A stretch of 64,000 nucleotides of DNA, taken from contig JBEWZL010000272.1 of assembly GCA_045837725.1 (NCBI GenBank), forward strand, positions 124,001 through 188,000. Direction: 5' to 3'. A model generated the notes under the pieces. That model was given only the letters and a program-made list of their open reading frames with translations, searched no databases and was not told the DNA's origin. The position numbers and the translations under genes were made by a program. Position 1 is the stretch's first letter. Each line of letters opens with the position of its first letter. This DNA is from Vermamoeba vermiformis (taxonomy: Eukaryota). Positions 27,367 through 38,826 of this stretch are shown one piece after another.

Positions 27367-29179
27367 ATGCAATTGAAGCTGTGGTCGATTTTTATTATTG
27401 TAATGCTAGCAGTAGCAGATGCCAAAAAGATTGGCTTTGCGTTTTCAGGAGGTAATTGTGTTTTCATCATGTAACATTTTGCAATTTATATTTAATACTC
27501 GGGCACGAAGATCCGCAAGCCAAGAAATTAAATATTTATTTATTGTTTTTTTAGGAGGCGCTAACTTCGGGCAAGAAGCTGCATTAATGGAGACTTTATA
27601 CAAGGTAAAATAGTATTTCATTAATTTCAGCGAAGGTTGCGGATTTGTTTAACGCGTCGGTTTGTTGATCTAGGGCTGGCAACCAAGCGGCGAGATAATT
27701 CGACCTACAGAGGTCAGTGGAGCTAGTGCTGGATCAATTGCAGCATTAGCTTTGAACGCCATCATGCAGTAAGACTTTCAGAATCGCATACTTACTCTGA
27801 TCAAATTTACAATTGTTTATTTTCAAGATCTGAAGCTGGAGGCCCACAATTTACATGGGACGACTTTCACAATATGCTATGGGGTCTTACACAGAGCTCA
27901 ATCATGGATACTAGCTTGAGTATGTTTCAAAACGTTCGCTTGTGATTCTTTAAGACCGTACTTATAAGTACCCTAAACAGCTGGAATATCGCATATATTC
28001 ACCAAAAACATTCCCAATGGTTTCATTGTCGACAACTCACCTTTAAGACAATTAATGTCGAACTTCTTCCAACGCGTTGGCTGGTCCGTGCTCGGTGATG
28101 TTTATTTACCTACTTTCATTAGCGTTGTTGATAGAGTACGTACTTGCATAAATAGTATCGTAATTATCAATAAATTGCTAATGCTTGACCGTAGGACAGC
28201 GGCGAAACTATGCGATTGTCGTCGTTAAACCCTGAGCACGCACAGATCCCACTCGTGGATATCGTTATGGCATCAGCTGCTATTCCTATGGGTAATTTAT
28301 ATTGATAATAGCCGACGGGTATATTATAGCTAATGCTATGACATTGATAGTATTCACTCCTGTGTACATTAAAGAACTCAACAAAACATTCATTGACGGT
28401 GGATCCGGCAACGATATGATTCCATTGTTTGGTACGTTGCCTATACTAAACGTATTGATATATGATGGTACTAATCTATTGTGTAAAGCCCTTTTGGAGC
28501 GAAGGGTCGACGAAGTGTACATTATTGCCCGTGAACAGGACATCGGTACCAGTACGTGCAAACAAGACTATTTATTAAATTTATTAAAATTGCGGAGTGT
28601 TAATATATTTATATAGGCAGTTTACTAATATTCTTTTGATTTGCATAGCCTCTGGCTTGCCTTCGTTCTTGCAATCTCTCAAGCTCGTTACCAACACCAT
28701 CGCGTTCCTCGAGGTGATGAAACAAGCAATGTTCTTCAGTGGTAAGTCATATAGCTAGATATCGCTATAGGATGATTGTTAGAGAAACAAGAAAAGTATT
28801 GGATCTGTTCGTGTACTGATTCAACTCTTTTTAGCGATGGAACAGGCCATGACTTCATCCGTACCTTGCTACGCCTACGTACCTAAGTTGCCTGTCGACG
28901 TAAGTGCATTTCTATAATATTAAAGTCTAGTGAGGCGGGTCAAACAAGTGTTGATCCAGCCCTGATCTCCGTACAAATTCTAACATCCAAAGCGTTTTCA
29001 CGTTCACTAACGGCTATATTGTATAGTACTCGGCATTCAACTTCGATGTTGAGAAGCCAATGTGGCAAGACACGATGACGTGGGCCAGCAGAAACGATCC
29101 GATCAGACTGAATCCAAGTCTGGATCAAAACTGCCGCAATAAGACGACAGAAAGAATAGTTGCCAAGGTTCTATATTAA
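27367..29179 (+). CDS. Secreted patatin-like phospholipase
   Basis: Signal peptide, then FAFSGGGA (oxyanion loop), GASAG (nucleophile), VMASAAIP and FIDGG. About 10 introns. Confidence 0.88.
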
Positions 29180-29316
29180 ATCAAAAAAACACATTTGTAA
29201 CGCCAATAGCTCTTTGCTCCTGTACATAAATAAACCCGATTAATTTTTTTGGGTCCGATTTTTGTCCGTACAAGGTTTATCTTGTTTATAATTATTTTTT
29301 GTATCATATATACACA

Positions 29317-31357
29317 ATGGCCACATCCATTTTCAGGTCATTCCAACGTGTAAGCACTAATCTGTTGTCCAAGAAAAATAACAGATGGGGCTCGCGTTTG
29401 GCAACTTCAAATAAGACCAAGAAGTGTTCAAATTTGTTCAATAATAATGTTAAGAGTATTATTAGCACGCGAATGTACTCTAAGGATGTTAAAAAGGAAG
29501 ATTCAGTTGATGTTAGCAACAACATCTTTTTAAAAGGAGACATGCGCTCAAAATTGCACCAAATATTGCCAGACGATCCACAAGGTATATTAATAATTTT
29601 TTAAATGCGTATTTAATATTTCAGAATTTTTGGGACAATTATTTTGGATGTCTCCATCCAACACGTCAATTTTTATTTCTATGCACTTGTTCATCCTTTC
29701 AAAATTATAAAATTATATACAACATTATTATTATGCACGTATATTAATACCGTTAATAGGAGTTGAAAACATTTTGACTTTCGCTGAGGAAAATCGTCTC
29801 AGCGAGCTGATGCAGAAGACGTTCAATGAAGCTATTAAAAAGGTGTGGGCCGGTGAGTTGGCCAAGCTCCCCGATGATGAAGTCCCTGCTGAACGCGTCG
29901 CTGAAATTCAACACAGTAAGTTTGAATCCGGATTCGTAAACCCCTTTAGCGCTATCAATTTATTATATTAATTTAATTTCTAATAATACTCGGCAAATAT
30001 TATAACGACAAATTCAGTCAATTAGTGAATTAACTAAACATTTTTTGCGATCCAGATCTCGAACAACGTGTTATGGAAATCGCTGCCAAGGCACCCATTC
30101 AATTTATGGAGTTCGCTAATAGCCTGGTCGTGGACAGAGAAAAAGAAGAAAAAATTGCTGCGCGAATTGGAGACCCGAACTGGTGGGACTGGCAGAACCC
30201 ATACATTCGCAAGTCATTCTTGGCCAGTCTTAGAAACAACTACTTGGAGGCCCAAAAGTTCTTAATGTAAGTTATCATATGGTTAGTGGCGGGTATATGA
30301 AGATGTACTATATACGATCGGCTGATGTTACCATGGGGACGAGAAGATCTGTCGTCAACATCCGGATCGCAAATGCAAAATTTTTATTATTTGAGCTCTA
30401 AATAGACAATGTTTATGAATAACATATTTGCAATTACTAATATTTATATCTATTAGTAAGCCTGGTACTGGTGAAATCGACGGAACACGTGCCTCTGCTA
30501 AATTGGATGAGATGGACTTGTAAGTAGTGTTTATTATGAATATGACCTCAAGATTATAAGAATCGAATATTATCCGATGTTGTAGTTTCTTTATCACCTA
30601 TTTTCGAGAATAGTCGAAGATAGAAAGGTTAACCAAGCCAATTTTATATTTATTTTTCGGCCGAGATCTCGCGATCGGGATCTTAGTCATGATTTCCACG
30701 TACTAATGGTTCTTATTTATTCAGCAATGAAGTCAAAGACGATCAGTTCGTGACCCCTGAAGACATTATCTCCACTGATGTCTCAGATCTCGAATTTGAC
30801 AAGCCTCAGCGACGACGCCGCGAATGTCTCTTGTGCTCTGATTCTCGTCACGAGTTCCCTCTTGAACCCATGGTACGTATTCATAGTACCTTTTATACTA
30901 TAGTATTAAGCCGCGACTACTGAGAAAGACTGATCTTGATCTCACGTAAAATTGCGTTTATTTTTACGCTTTATTACTCTTGCTCTTAATATGGCTAATG
31001 CGTTCGTCTAAAGCCTATTTATATATAATCGTAATAATGGTTACTAATTGTTTATTAATAGAACGTGCCATTCTTGCGTCGTTTCATGAACACATCTGGT
31101 AACATTTTGGGCCGACCACAGACTGGCTTGTGCCGTAAACATCAAGTAAGGATCTTATACTCGGCAAGCATGATTGACTTATATAGCTAATACGGTCATA
31201 TTATTTATAGGCTAAGGTACAAAAGACGATCAAGTGGGCTAAGCACATCGGAATTTTCCAATACAAGGACGGATTCCAAGTGTTCAATCCTGCGCGCACA
31301 ACTGGCCCTGAAGCTGAAGAGATTGAAATCCCTGAATGGATGTTGGCTCCTAAATAA
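29317..31357 (+). CDS. Mitochondrial ribosomal protein S18 family (bS18m) with a long N-terminal extension
   Basis: Arg/Ser-rich transit-like N-terminus. C-terminal CLLC...NVPFLRRFMNTSGNILGRPQTGLCRKHQAKVQKTIKWAKHIG. Confidence 0.85.
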
Positions 31358-31607
31358 TACAAGCGAATACAAAATATGTTTAAAACCCGCGAATAACTTA
31401 AATTAATTTTTTGTGTGATTAAAATAAATGCGAATATTCATTAGACGACAATTAATTGGATTGATGTGACACGAACTTGACTGCCATCCTTGGAATTCTT
31501 GCTTTTTTCTGTCGACCCTGTCCACAAAACGCGTTTTGCGGTTTGTCGAATGTCAAAATTATTTTAGTTAAAAAAGGTGAAATACAACAATAAAAGACCA
31601 AAATACA

Positions 31608-33319
31608 ATGGGTAAGTAGATAACATTCGTAGGAAAATTAACATTAATAACGAAATAATTTTTTAGTTCATTATTAAAATCCAATACGAAGCCAGCCATT
31701 TAATTATTTTTATATTGAATTCAACAATAGGAAAAATAGAAATATTATCAGTGTATTTATTGCTCAATATTCTATTCGCATAGACGTTCAAATCGGAGTT
31801 CTTCCGGCTGACGTGCTGGATGCGATTGTACAATATTCAGAACCTCAATCAGCAGTGGCTATATATCTGTCATGCAAATACTGGCACAACAGGTTCAAAA
31901 ATATTTTCGCAGCAGATCGCGTTGTGGTCAGCGCAAGAATTAAAGATTTCGACACGAACTTCAGATATATATTCGAGCTATATAGAGGTCGAGGTAATTG
32001 ATCTAGGCATTAATTATATATTTTAAGCTAATACGTGTCAGTTAAGGAGTACAAGTTGGATCATGACCAAAATGATCTGGATGGCTACGCTTGCATTCCG
32101 GTTAATAGAGTGGCCATTGGATATTTCAACACGGTCTCGGATACGACAAAATTTATCAAGCAAATCAATGATATTCTGATTAATAACAAAGATGTCGCTG
32201 ACATTGAAGCAAATCCGTTTTTTGAATGTTCAGTGGAATTAGGATCGGCAGCTAATAACAAAGTATATTATACAATTGATCATGGAGAACAAGGCATACT
32301 AATAGGTGTATATAAAGGCACGCAAATCCTCGAACTGATTAAACAAGCTGGTTTTGTTACGAGATCTGTCGTTGACAATGCAAGCCTGAAGATTAAAACA
32401 ATGCACCGCAATAGTGATAGAAAACTTATATATAAGAGCAAGGTACATATTAATCCTCAAGGAGATGTATTTATGAAGATTAACAGCAATGTCGGTTGCG
32501 AAGAAATAACACTTAGAACTTCATCGGAGTTGTACGATCAAATGATGGAGATTATTAAATACAGCAAGCATAAGACAAATATATTAAAGTCAAAACAGAT
32601 TGAGAAAGATGATATTCAATCATTATTCTGCGCCAAACTGAAGTGCGATGAAACTCGTAAGTATTAAGATTTTGTACGGTTAATGGCTTGGTTTTAATTT
32701 AACAATTCCTAGAATACATCGTGCAGGAATATAACGTATATGACAGTCCGAGTGTCATTACCAATGGATACAAAACACATGCAACTAAAAGAATTGTCAA
32801 GTTGTTACTGACGCACTTGTACCCAGCCAAACTCGATGAAAATTCATCCGTACGATCAGAAAGAGAACTGCCTAAGCCACAAGCATTAATGTACGTTATT
32901 TTAACATTATCGTTAGTTTAATCTAAGTTTATTTCCCTAGATACGATTTAGCCCGGCGAGTACCGTATCCAGTGAGCATTGATCGATTTCGGCGAATTGA
33001 CAATCTTAGTGTGTCTATAAATCACGGCGGCGAAACTTCGTACATTGATTTAGGACTGCGACGGCATTTAAATATCCCGCGCAAAGAATTGATCGATTTG
33101 CTGCAACTGCTAGAGGCACAACCAATACAGAGACGGAGGAACAGAATTCACTATCGAATGGACAAGCATATCAAAGGCGAAGGATCGATCATAATGCAAG
33201 TTTATATTGACACGTTCTACAACCATACGTATCTGCTTCCAAAATTAGAGAAAGTTATTGTAGATCGGCTGTGGACCTTGTTAAGGACTAGCGGTTATTT
33301 AGACTTCCTTAACAAATAA
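31608..33319 (+). CDS. F-box protein with an unrecognised C-terminal region
   Basis: The ATG-G micro-exon splices to DVQIGVLPADVLDAIVQYSEPQSAVAIYLSCKYWH (F-box pattern). Further exons correspond to the ORFs at 32035, 32721 and 32972. Confidence 0.65.
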
Positions 33320-33407
33320 ATGAAAAGATTTCTTAATAAAAATCGATATTGTCTTACCGATATTACATTAAAAGTATTCATTTATGTAAAAATTAATTAT
33401 CTACATC

Positions 33408-34679
33408 TTAAATAATTTCCTCTCGTTCAATCTGGGTTAAACCTAAGATGCGATTATTCAGCTCGTCAAAAGCTTCGTTGAACTCAACCTCGGCAACATT
33501 ATTTCGTTCCAATAATTGTTGTAAGGTGTTTTGTGTTTTCAATTGATTTATATTTGATTGCCATAATTGGAAAATACTCTTAATTGCGGTATTATGAAGC
33601 GCTGCGCAGACGGATCTCTCGTCCAAATGAAATAACTTGGAGTTGCGATAGTTGTGATCATCAAACCCTACTTTAATTCCGGTCGGAACCCACGATACTA
33701 ATCGAATTTTTTCCGCTTCTTGCAGTCGCTGAACACTTTGGCTGATCTCATCTCGAAGCAGTCCTCGAGTAAACATGTGAATTCTCATGTAATATCCGGC
33801 GTTAAAGTCTACATCGCATAATAGTGAACTATTTTGCAAAGCATTTCCTATTAAAGACTGCGTTGACGGATCTACTTCGCAAGGCATGCCGATTTCATCA
33901 GTTACGTAGCTCGGTACCGTGAAGCTGATTCCAGGGTACGCATCAGAGTGAGAAATCTGGGAAAGATATATTCCGTTTTCATTTGAGAATCTATCGGCTG
34001 CTGTAAAGCTTGACAGAGTTTTCGCAACGAATCTGTTCAGATCTACTTTGCTGTGTTGATTATTCGAGTGCACTTGTCGTTGAATAGCACTGTCTTGATA
34101 AATAATCCTTGATGGATATTCTTGTGCAAATAAATCAAGCGAAAGAGTTGAATTGATAATTTGTTCGTCATTTGAAGAGCGATCTGCCAGCACAACGATG
34201 TCATGAATGTACTTTCTGCCGAGCCCAATATTCTCCAGTTCAATATCATGTACAATAATGCTGATAGCCTCTGTCGAGTCTCGAATAAACATGCATTGGG
34301 TGAGAGAGTCACACCTTTCAATTTGTTTTCGGATGGCAGACTCGATCTGGCTTAGTTCTTCTTCGCGTAGCTTGCCATTATCTCTATTATTAAACAACAC
34401 ATAGTTTTTCTCAGGGTCATCGTAATCAGAATATTGCAAGAAGGGAGTATCTGTCAAGTTGTTGTTTGATCCTGCATCTATGATAACGGATCGGGGTATA
34501 ATTTTGTTTTCATTTTGTTCGTGAAAAAATGCCGCCCAGTTATTGTCCTTTTGGTTTATAGACTCCTTCTGTGTAAAAGAATGATTTTCCAGCCAGTGCT
34601 CTGCTGAAATCTGGCGCCAAAAGCTCGATCCAATATTAGCGCCTCTATTCCCCAGTTGAATAACAATAGTTTCTCGCAT
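33408..34679 (-). CDS. Highly divergent, intronless alpha-like tubulin lacking the GGGTGSG signature
   Basis: 423-aa ORF collinear with tubulin: MRETIVIQLG, FFHE...PRSVIID, IRKQIERCDSL, LNRFVAKTLSSFTAADRF, IRLVSWVPTGIKVG, HNTAIKSIF, EVEFNEA. Confidence 0.9.
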   Translation of the reverse strand: MRETIVIQLGNRGANIGSSFWRQISAEHWLENHSFTQKESINQKDNNWAAFFHEQNENKIIPRSVIIDAGSNNNLTDTPFLQYSDYDDPEKNYVLFNNRDNGKLREEELSQIESAIRKQIERCDSLTQCMFIRDSTEAISIIVHDIELENIGLGRKYIHDIVVLADRSSNDEQIINSTLSLDLFAQEYPSRIIYQDSAIQRQVHSNNQHSKVDLNRFVAKTLSSFTAADRFSNENGIYLSQISHSDAYPGISFTVPSYVTDEIGMPCEVDPSTQSLIGNALQNSSLLCDVDFNAGYYMRIHMFTRGLLRDEISQSVQRLQEAEKIRLVSWVPTGIKVGFDDHNYRNSKLFHLDERSVCAALHNTAIKSIFQLWQSNINQLKTQNTLQQLLERNNVAEVEFNEAFDELNNRILGLTQIEREEII

Positions 34680-35040
34680 TATGCCTACGAAAGATTATTT
34701 AAATTGATTTTTTCCATTTTTTATTTTAAAAATAATGGTTGAATTCAGATGTCGCTTCAAACCTTACCGTTCGAGAGTAATATTTTCTATCTTTATTATT
34801 TTGTTGAAGGGCAATTTTCCCTTGCGATGGTCTTTGATAAATTGTACAATGACCGAAGGTCTTTAATGTCTGGCCACTGTATAAAGAATAACTGTCTCCT
34901 CGACACTAAGACTAATACTAATGTGGTCGTGTTTATGTTGACGCACAGAACAGTCAAAAACGATTAAATTGGATTTTAAAATCGGAAACTTTTTCGAATT
35001 GCAAAACCGATAACAGATACACATTGTTAATTTTCATCTC

Positions 35041-37099
35041 TTAGTTCAATGGCTTAATAGTGCAAGGACACGGCGAGTCAGGCTTGGTAACGAATTGTTG
35101 AACGCTGCCACTCAAACCGTGCTTGCGTGCATCAATTTCAAAGTCGCGGATCAGCATAGCAGTGGCAAACTTCATTTCAGTCATGGCGAATGTCTTTCCG
35201 ACACAGATGCGCAAACTATACACGACGATGATTAGTCAAAGGTGTAAGGTACTAAGATTAAGGAAATGAATAGCGAAGACTTTAACAAAACTGGACGTGA
35301 GAGTCTTGGTCTTTGTCTTACCCTCCGCCGAATGGAACGTACGAGTGCATGGGACGTTTTTCCTCTTCTTCTTTGGTAAATCGCTCGGGGTTGAACTTCT
35401 TCGGCTCTTTCCAAAATCGTTCGTCCATGTGCAAGTACTCAGTGGAGCAGACGAGGGCAGCACCCTTGGGCACCATATATTGACCGACTTTGAGGTCTTC
35501 AGTGAGCTCACGACGCATGAGATACGAGACAGTGCACATGCGCATGGATTCTTTGATGACCATCTCCAAGTACGGAATGTTGTTGAGTTCAGCCATTGTA
35601 GGAACTTTATTGCCGATGGCCTTCTTGATTTCATCACGGAGCTGTCGGAAACATCCTGTCAGTAATGCCAATGACATATATTATAGGGAGTACTAGTATT
35701 TCGGGCCCTCGTAGTACGTACTTTTTGTTGTTCAGCAAGGTGGTTTCCGAGCAAGTTGAACATGAACGTCAACGAGATGGACGTTGTTTCGTTACCAGCG
35801 ATCCTAAGATACGTCTTTAGTCATCTTTCTATCATATGATGATTGATTATTGCTTACATGAAGGTCATGCACTCGCTGTACAAGTCATCGACTGAGATCT
35901 GACCTTCAGAGTTTTCTTGAGAGGCACGCAACAACAAGTCCAACAAATCAAGGCGGTCATCATTGAGAGTACCAGCGGCCTTTTGTTTCTTATAGTTCTC
36001 GATCCTAGTCTCGATCAGCTTGGTGATGGTATTCTTGACGAGTTCACGGGCAGCGAAGAGTTTCTTGTTTTCAGGCAAAAACGGCAACCAATCCCAATAA
36101 GGAGTTGAAGAGTAGATAATTCTCTTAACGGCCGTATCCAAGATGTAGTCCATCGCCTTAAAAAGCTCCTTGTTGGAATCACCTTCGATCGCTGGACAAA
36201 AAAATTAGAAAATGGTGGCTGGGCTCAATATGACTTACATTTAAAATCAAAGCCGAAAGCAGCGTGTCCAATGGCATCAACAGTAAGTTTCTGGAATTCA
36301 GGCCAAGTTTGGATCTCGGCGTGACCGTTTTTGGCGAGATCCTTCCAGCGCTGAGCAAGTCGCTGAACTTTTTCTACCATAATCCAATCGGTCTTCTGCA
36401 AGTTGGTGTTTTGGAAAACTAAACAAAAGAAGTAAGCTTTTGCGGCCTAAATTTGGATCTGATCCGCTAGTTCCGGTAATGATGAAGATTTTCAGGGAAT
36501 TGATGTGGAAAAAGGTGGTTACTTACTCGGTGAAATCAAGCGACGGTGGAATCTCCATCTATCTCCGTAGCCCATGGAGAAGATGCCGTTGACTAGAAAA
36601 AATGGTCAGATCGAAGCAATTTGTACTAAGCCAAGACAATCTTACTTTGAGTGGTATCGATGAAAGGCTCGGACATGGCAGTGCCTCGTTCGTTAGAGAC
36701 TTGGAACATCAGCTTTATGTGCTCGGGGTTGCTAATGACGACGTCTGGAATGAAGCCGTAGAACGCAAACTGCGATCAGATCAGCAACAAAAATAAAGAA
36801 ATAAGAGCTAACTTACAACTTCACCGTATTTAGGAATGAATTGGTCAAAGCCTCGGCCGTAGCTACCCTTCTTGGCCAGTACATCTGGAATGTTTCCAAA
36901 GTACGCGTTTGGCTTGGGGCCAGGAAGGTGGCCAATCAATCTCTTCATACGATCCTATAGCATATAATAAGATAATTATTTGCTTGCAAGCATTGTTATT
37001 TTAAGGTTCGGTGCATACGATCTTGGCCTTCTGAGCATTAAACCAATTCAGGACGATAACAAGTACTACTAAACCGAAGGTAATCCAAATGCTGAACAT
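35041..37099 (-). CDS. Cytochrome P450 (membrane-anchored)
   Basis: N-terminal TM and PGPKP, I-helix TFMIAGNETT, ExxR (KESMR), FNPERF, and heme motif PFGGGLRICVG across an intron. Confidence 0.95.
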
Positions 37100-37561
37100 T
37101 TTGAGAATTGTGTGCTTGATTTAGAGTGTTGAGCTACAACAGAAAAGATAAAGCTCTATCGTTTCATTTCGCTGAAAACTAAAAATAGAAATTTTGTCTT
37201 CGGATTATCATCAAACTCCTGATACCTACAAAAGGGGTAAAGTATATACGGCACCGATGGACTTAAAAAGAAAATTGCCACCTCGTTTAGAAGATCCTGG
37301 ACCAGCGTTGAGATCTACACAGATCTTGGAAGACCTCCGATCTTTCTATCGTCGATCTGGATGCATTATAAGCCTGTTTTGTCCAGTTCACGTGATTCGT
37401 TGGCTGCAGTATTCATGCGGTTAGTACATTGGCACGTGCTTTTTTAGTACGACGAAAAGCAAAGAAATTGATTTGACCAAAACTTGCCTAGTTGTTAAAC
37501 GCATTGTATACTATAAGAGCATTAGTGTTTATAAACACTCCACAGTACCATCAAATAGCAG

Positions 37562-38695
37562 ATGAGCGAAAAGAAAGTGTCCTCGATCGTTGCTCGTGCA
37601 ATGAATTCATTGCAATGGCGACGTGGAAACGGCAGCGATGATACACATTCCATTGAAATTAAGGGCAATAAGCTTGCTCTGCTTCAAAAACCAGGTTAGT
37701 CTTCGAAGACCGGAAATTAAATATTTAAATAATCGTTATTTTAAATTGTTATTATATTTAAGGCTTATCACGTATTTGTTACCTTTTTGATTATCTAAAT
37801 ATATGATAATTTAATTTTTAACGAATATTATAGAGATACAAAAGCAAGATCTGGGTACTGGAGGCACAGTTTGGAACTGCGCGATCGTTATTTCAAAATA
37901 TTTCGAAAAATTATCGGAAAAAGAGAATTGGTCCGATAAAAATGTGTTGGAAGGTTAGTATCTCGAGAACAAAATCAAATCCGTCAAAGATTCTGTTATC
38001 AACCAAAAATTCCGCTTATGCAGCTTACTTATTCTTTCATATTTAGTTGGTAGTGGTACTGGTATAGTCGGCATTACTACAGCCTTGACAATGAAGCCAA
38101 AAAAATTGCTTGTAACGGACATTGAACAACAGCTCGAACTCATGACTACCAATGTAAATAACGTGCGCGAGCAAATTAACGATAAATCAGTAAGTATCAC
38201 TCTATATAAAACATATAATATCATAGATTGATATAAAGAATGCATAGGACTTGGATTGTATTTCGATTCAAGAATTCGATTGGAGCAAAGACGAAGTCAA
38301 GCTGGATCCGCCTCCACCATATGACATTGTTGTGGCTAGTGATTGCGTCTGGCCGAAGATCAACAACGAATTATTGATAAATGCATTGTTAAAAGTTACT
38401 GGTAAGTCTGCAATCGAGGCAAAAAGTCGATCTCGCTCAGGTGGGATCCGTTACCCCTAATAACAATAGAAGTGATTCTTATAGCATTTAACTGACGCAT
38501 AAGCTTGTTTTAGATGAGAAGACGTTGATTATTCAAGCATATGAATATCGTGGTGAAAGTTGCCGAACGACGTACTTCAAAAAGGCCGAACAGTTCTTTA
38601 CATTCGAACGCATTCCCGAAGAAGAATTGCACCAACAGTTTATTGTAGATGATATTGAATTATATCGCGTGCGTCGCAAGCCTGAAGCAAAGTAA
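37562..38695 (+). CDS. METTL21/Methyltransf_16-family protein-lysine methyltransferase
   Basis: GTGGTVWNCA, VLEVGSGTGIVGI, VTD, FDW and DIVVASDCVW motifs. Confidence 0.9.
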
Positions 38696-38826
38696 AATAA
38701 AGTCCTAGCTGATCCTGGATTCAAACGTCATTTTGTCAACGGCTGCAAGAAAAAAAAACCAGTTTAAGAGCTATTGCGTCTTTCTCAAGAGTATCCACAA
38801 AAGAAGCACCTTGGCGCAACAATCAA

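Noticed and set aside
30268-31061. Possible snoRNAs in the longer S18 introns
   Set aside because: No convincing C/D or H/ACA box pairs with terminal stems; only short palindromes.
37290-37362. Cluster of GATC-containing words in the P450/methyltransferase promoter and some introns
   Set aside because: Enrichment cannot be established without genome-wide counts.
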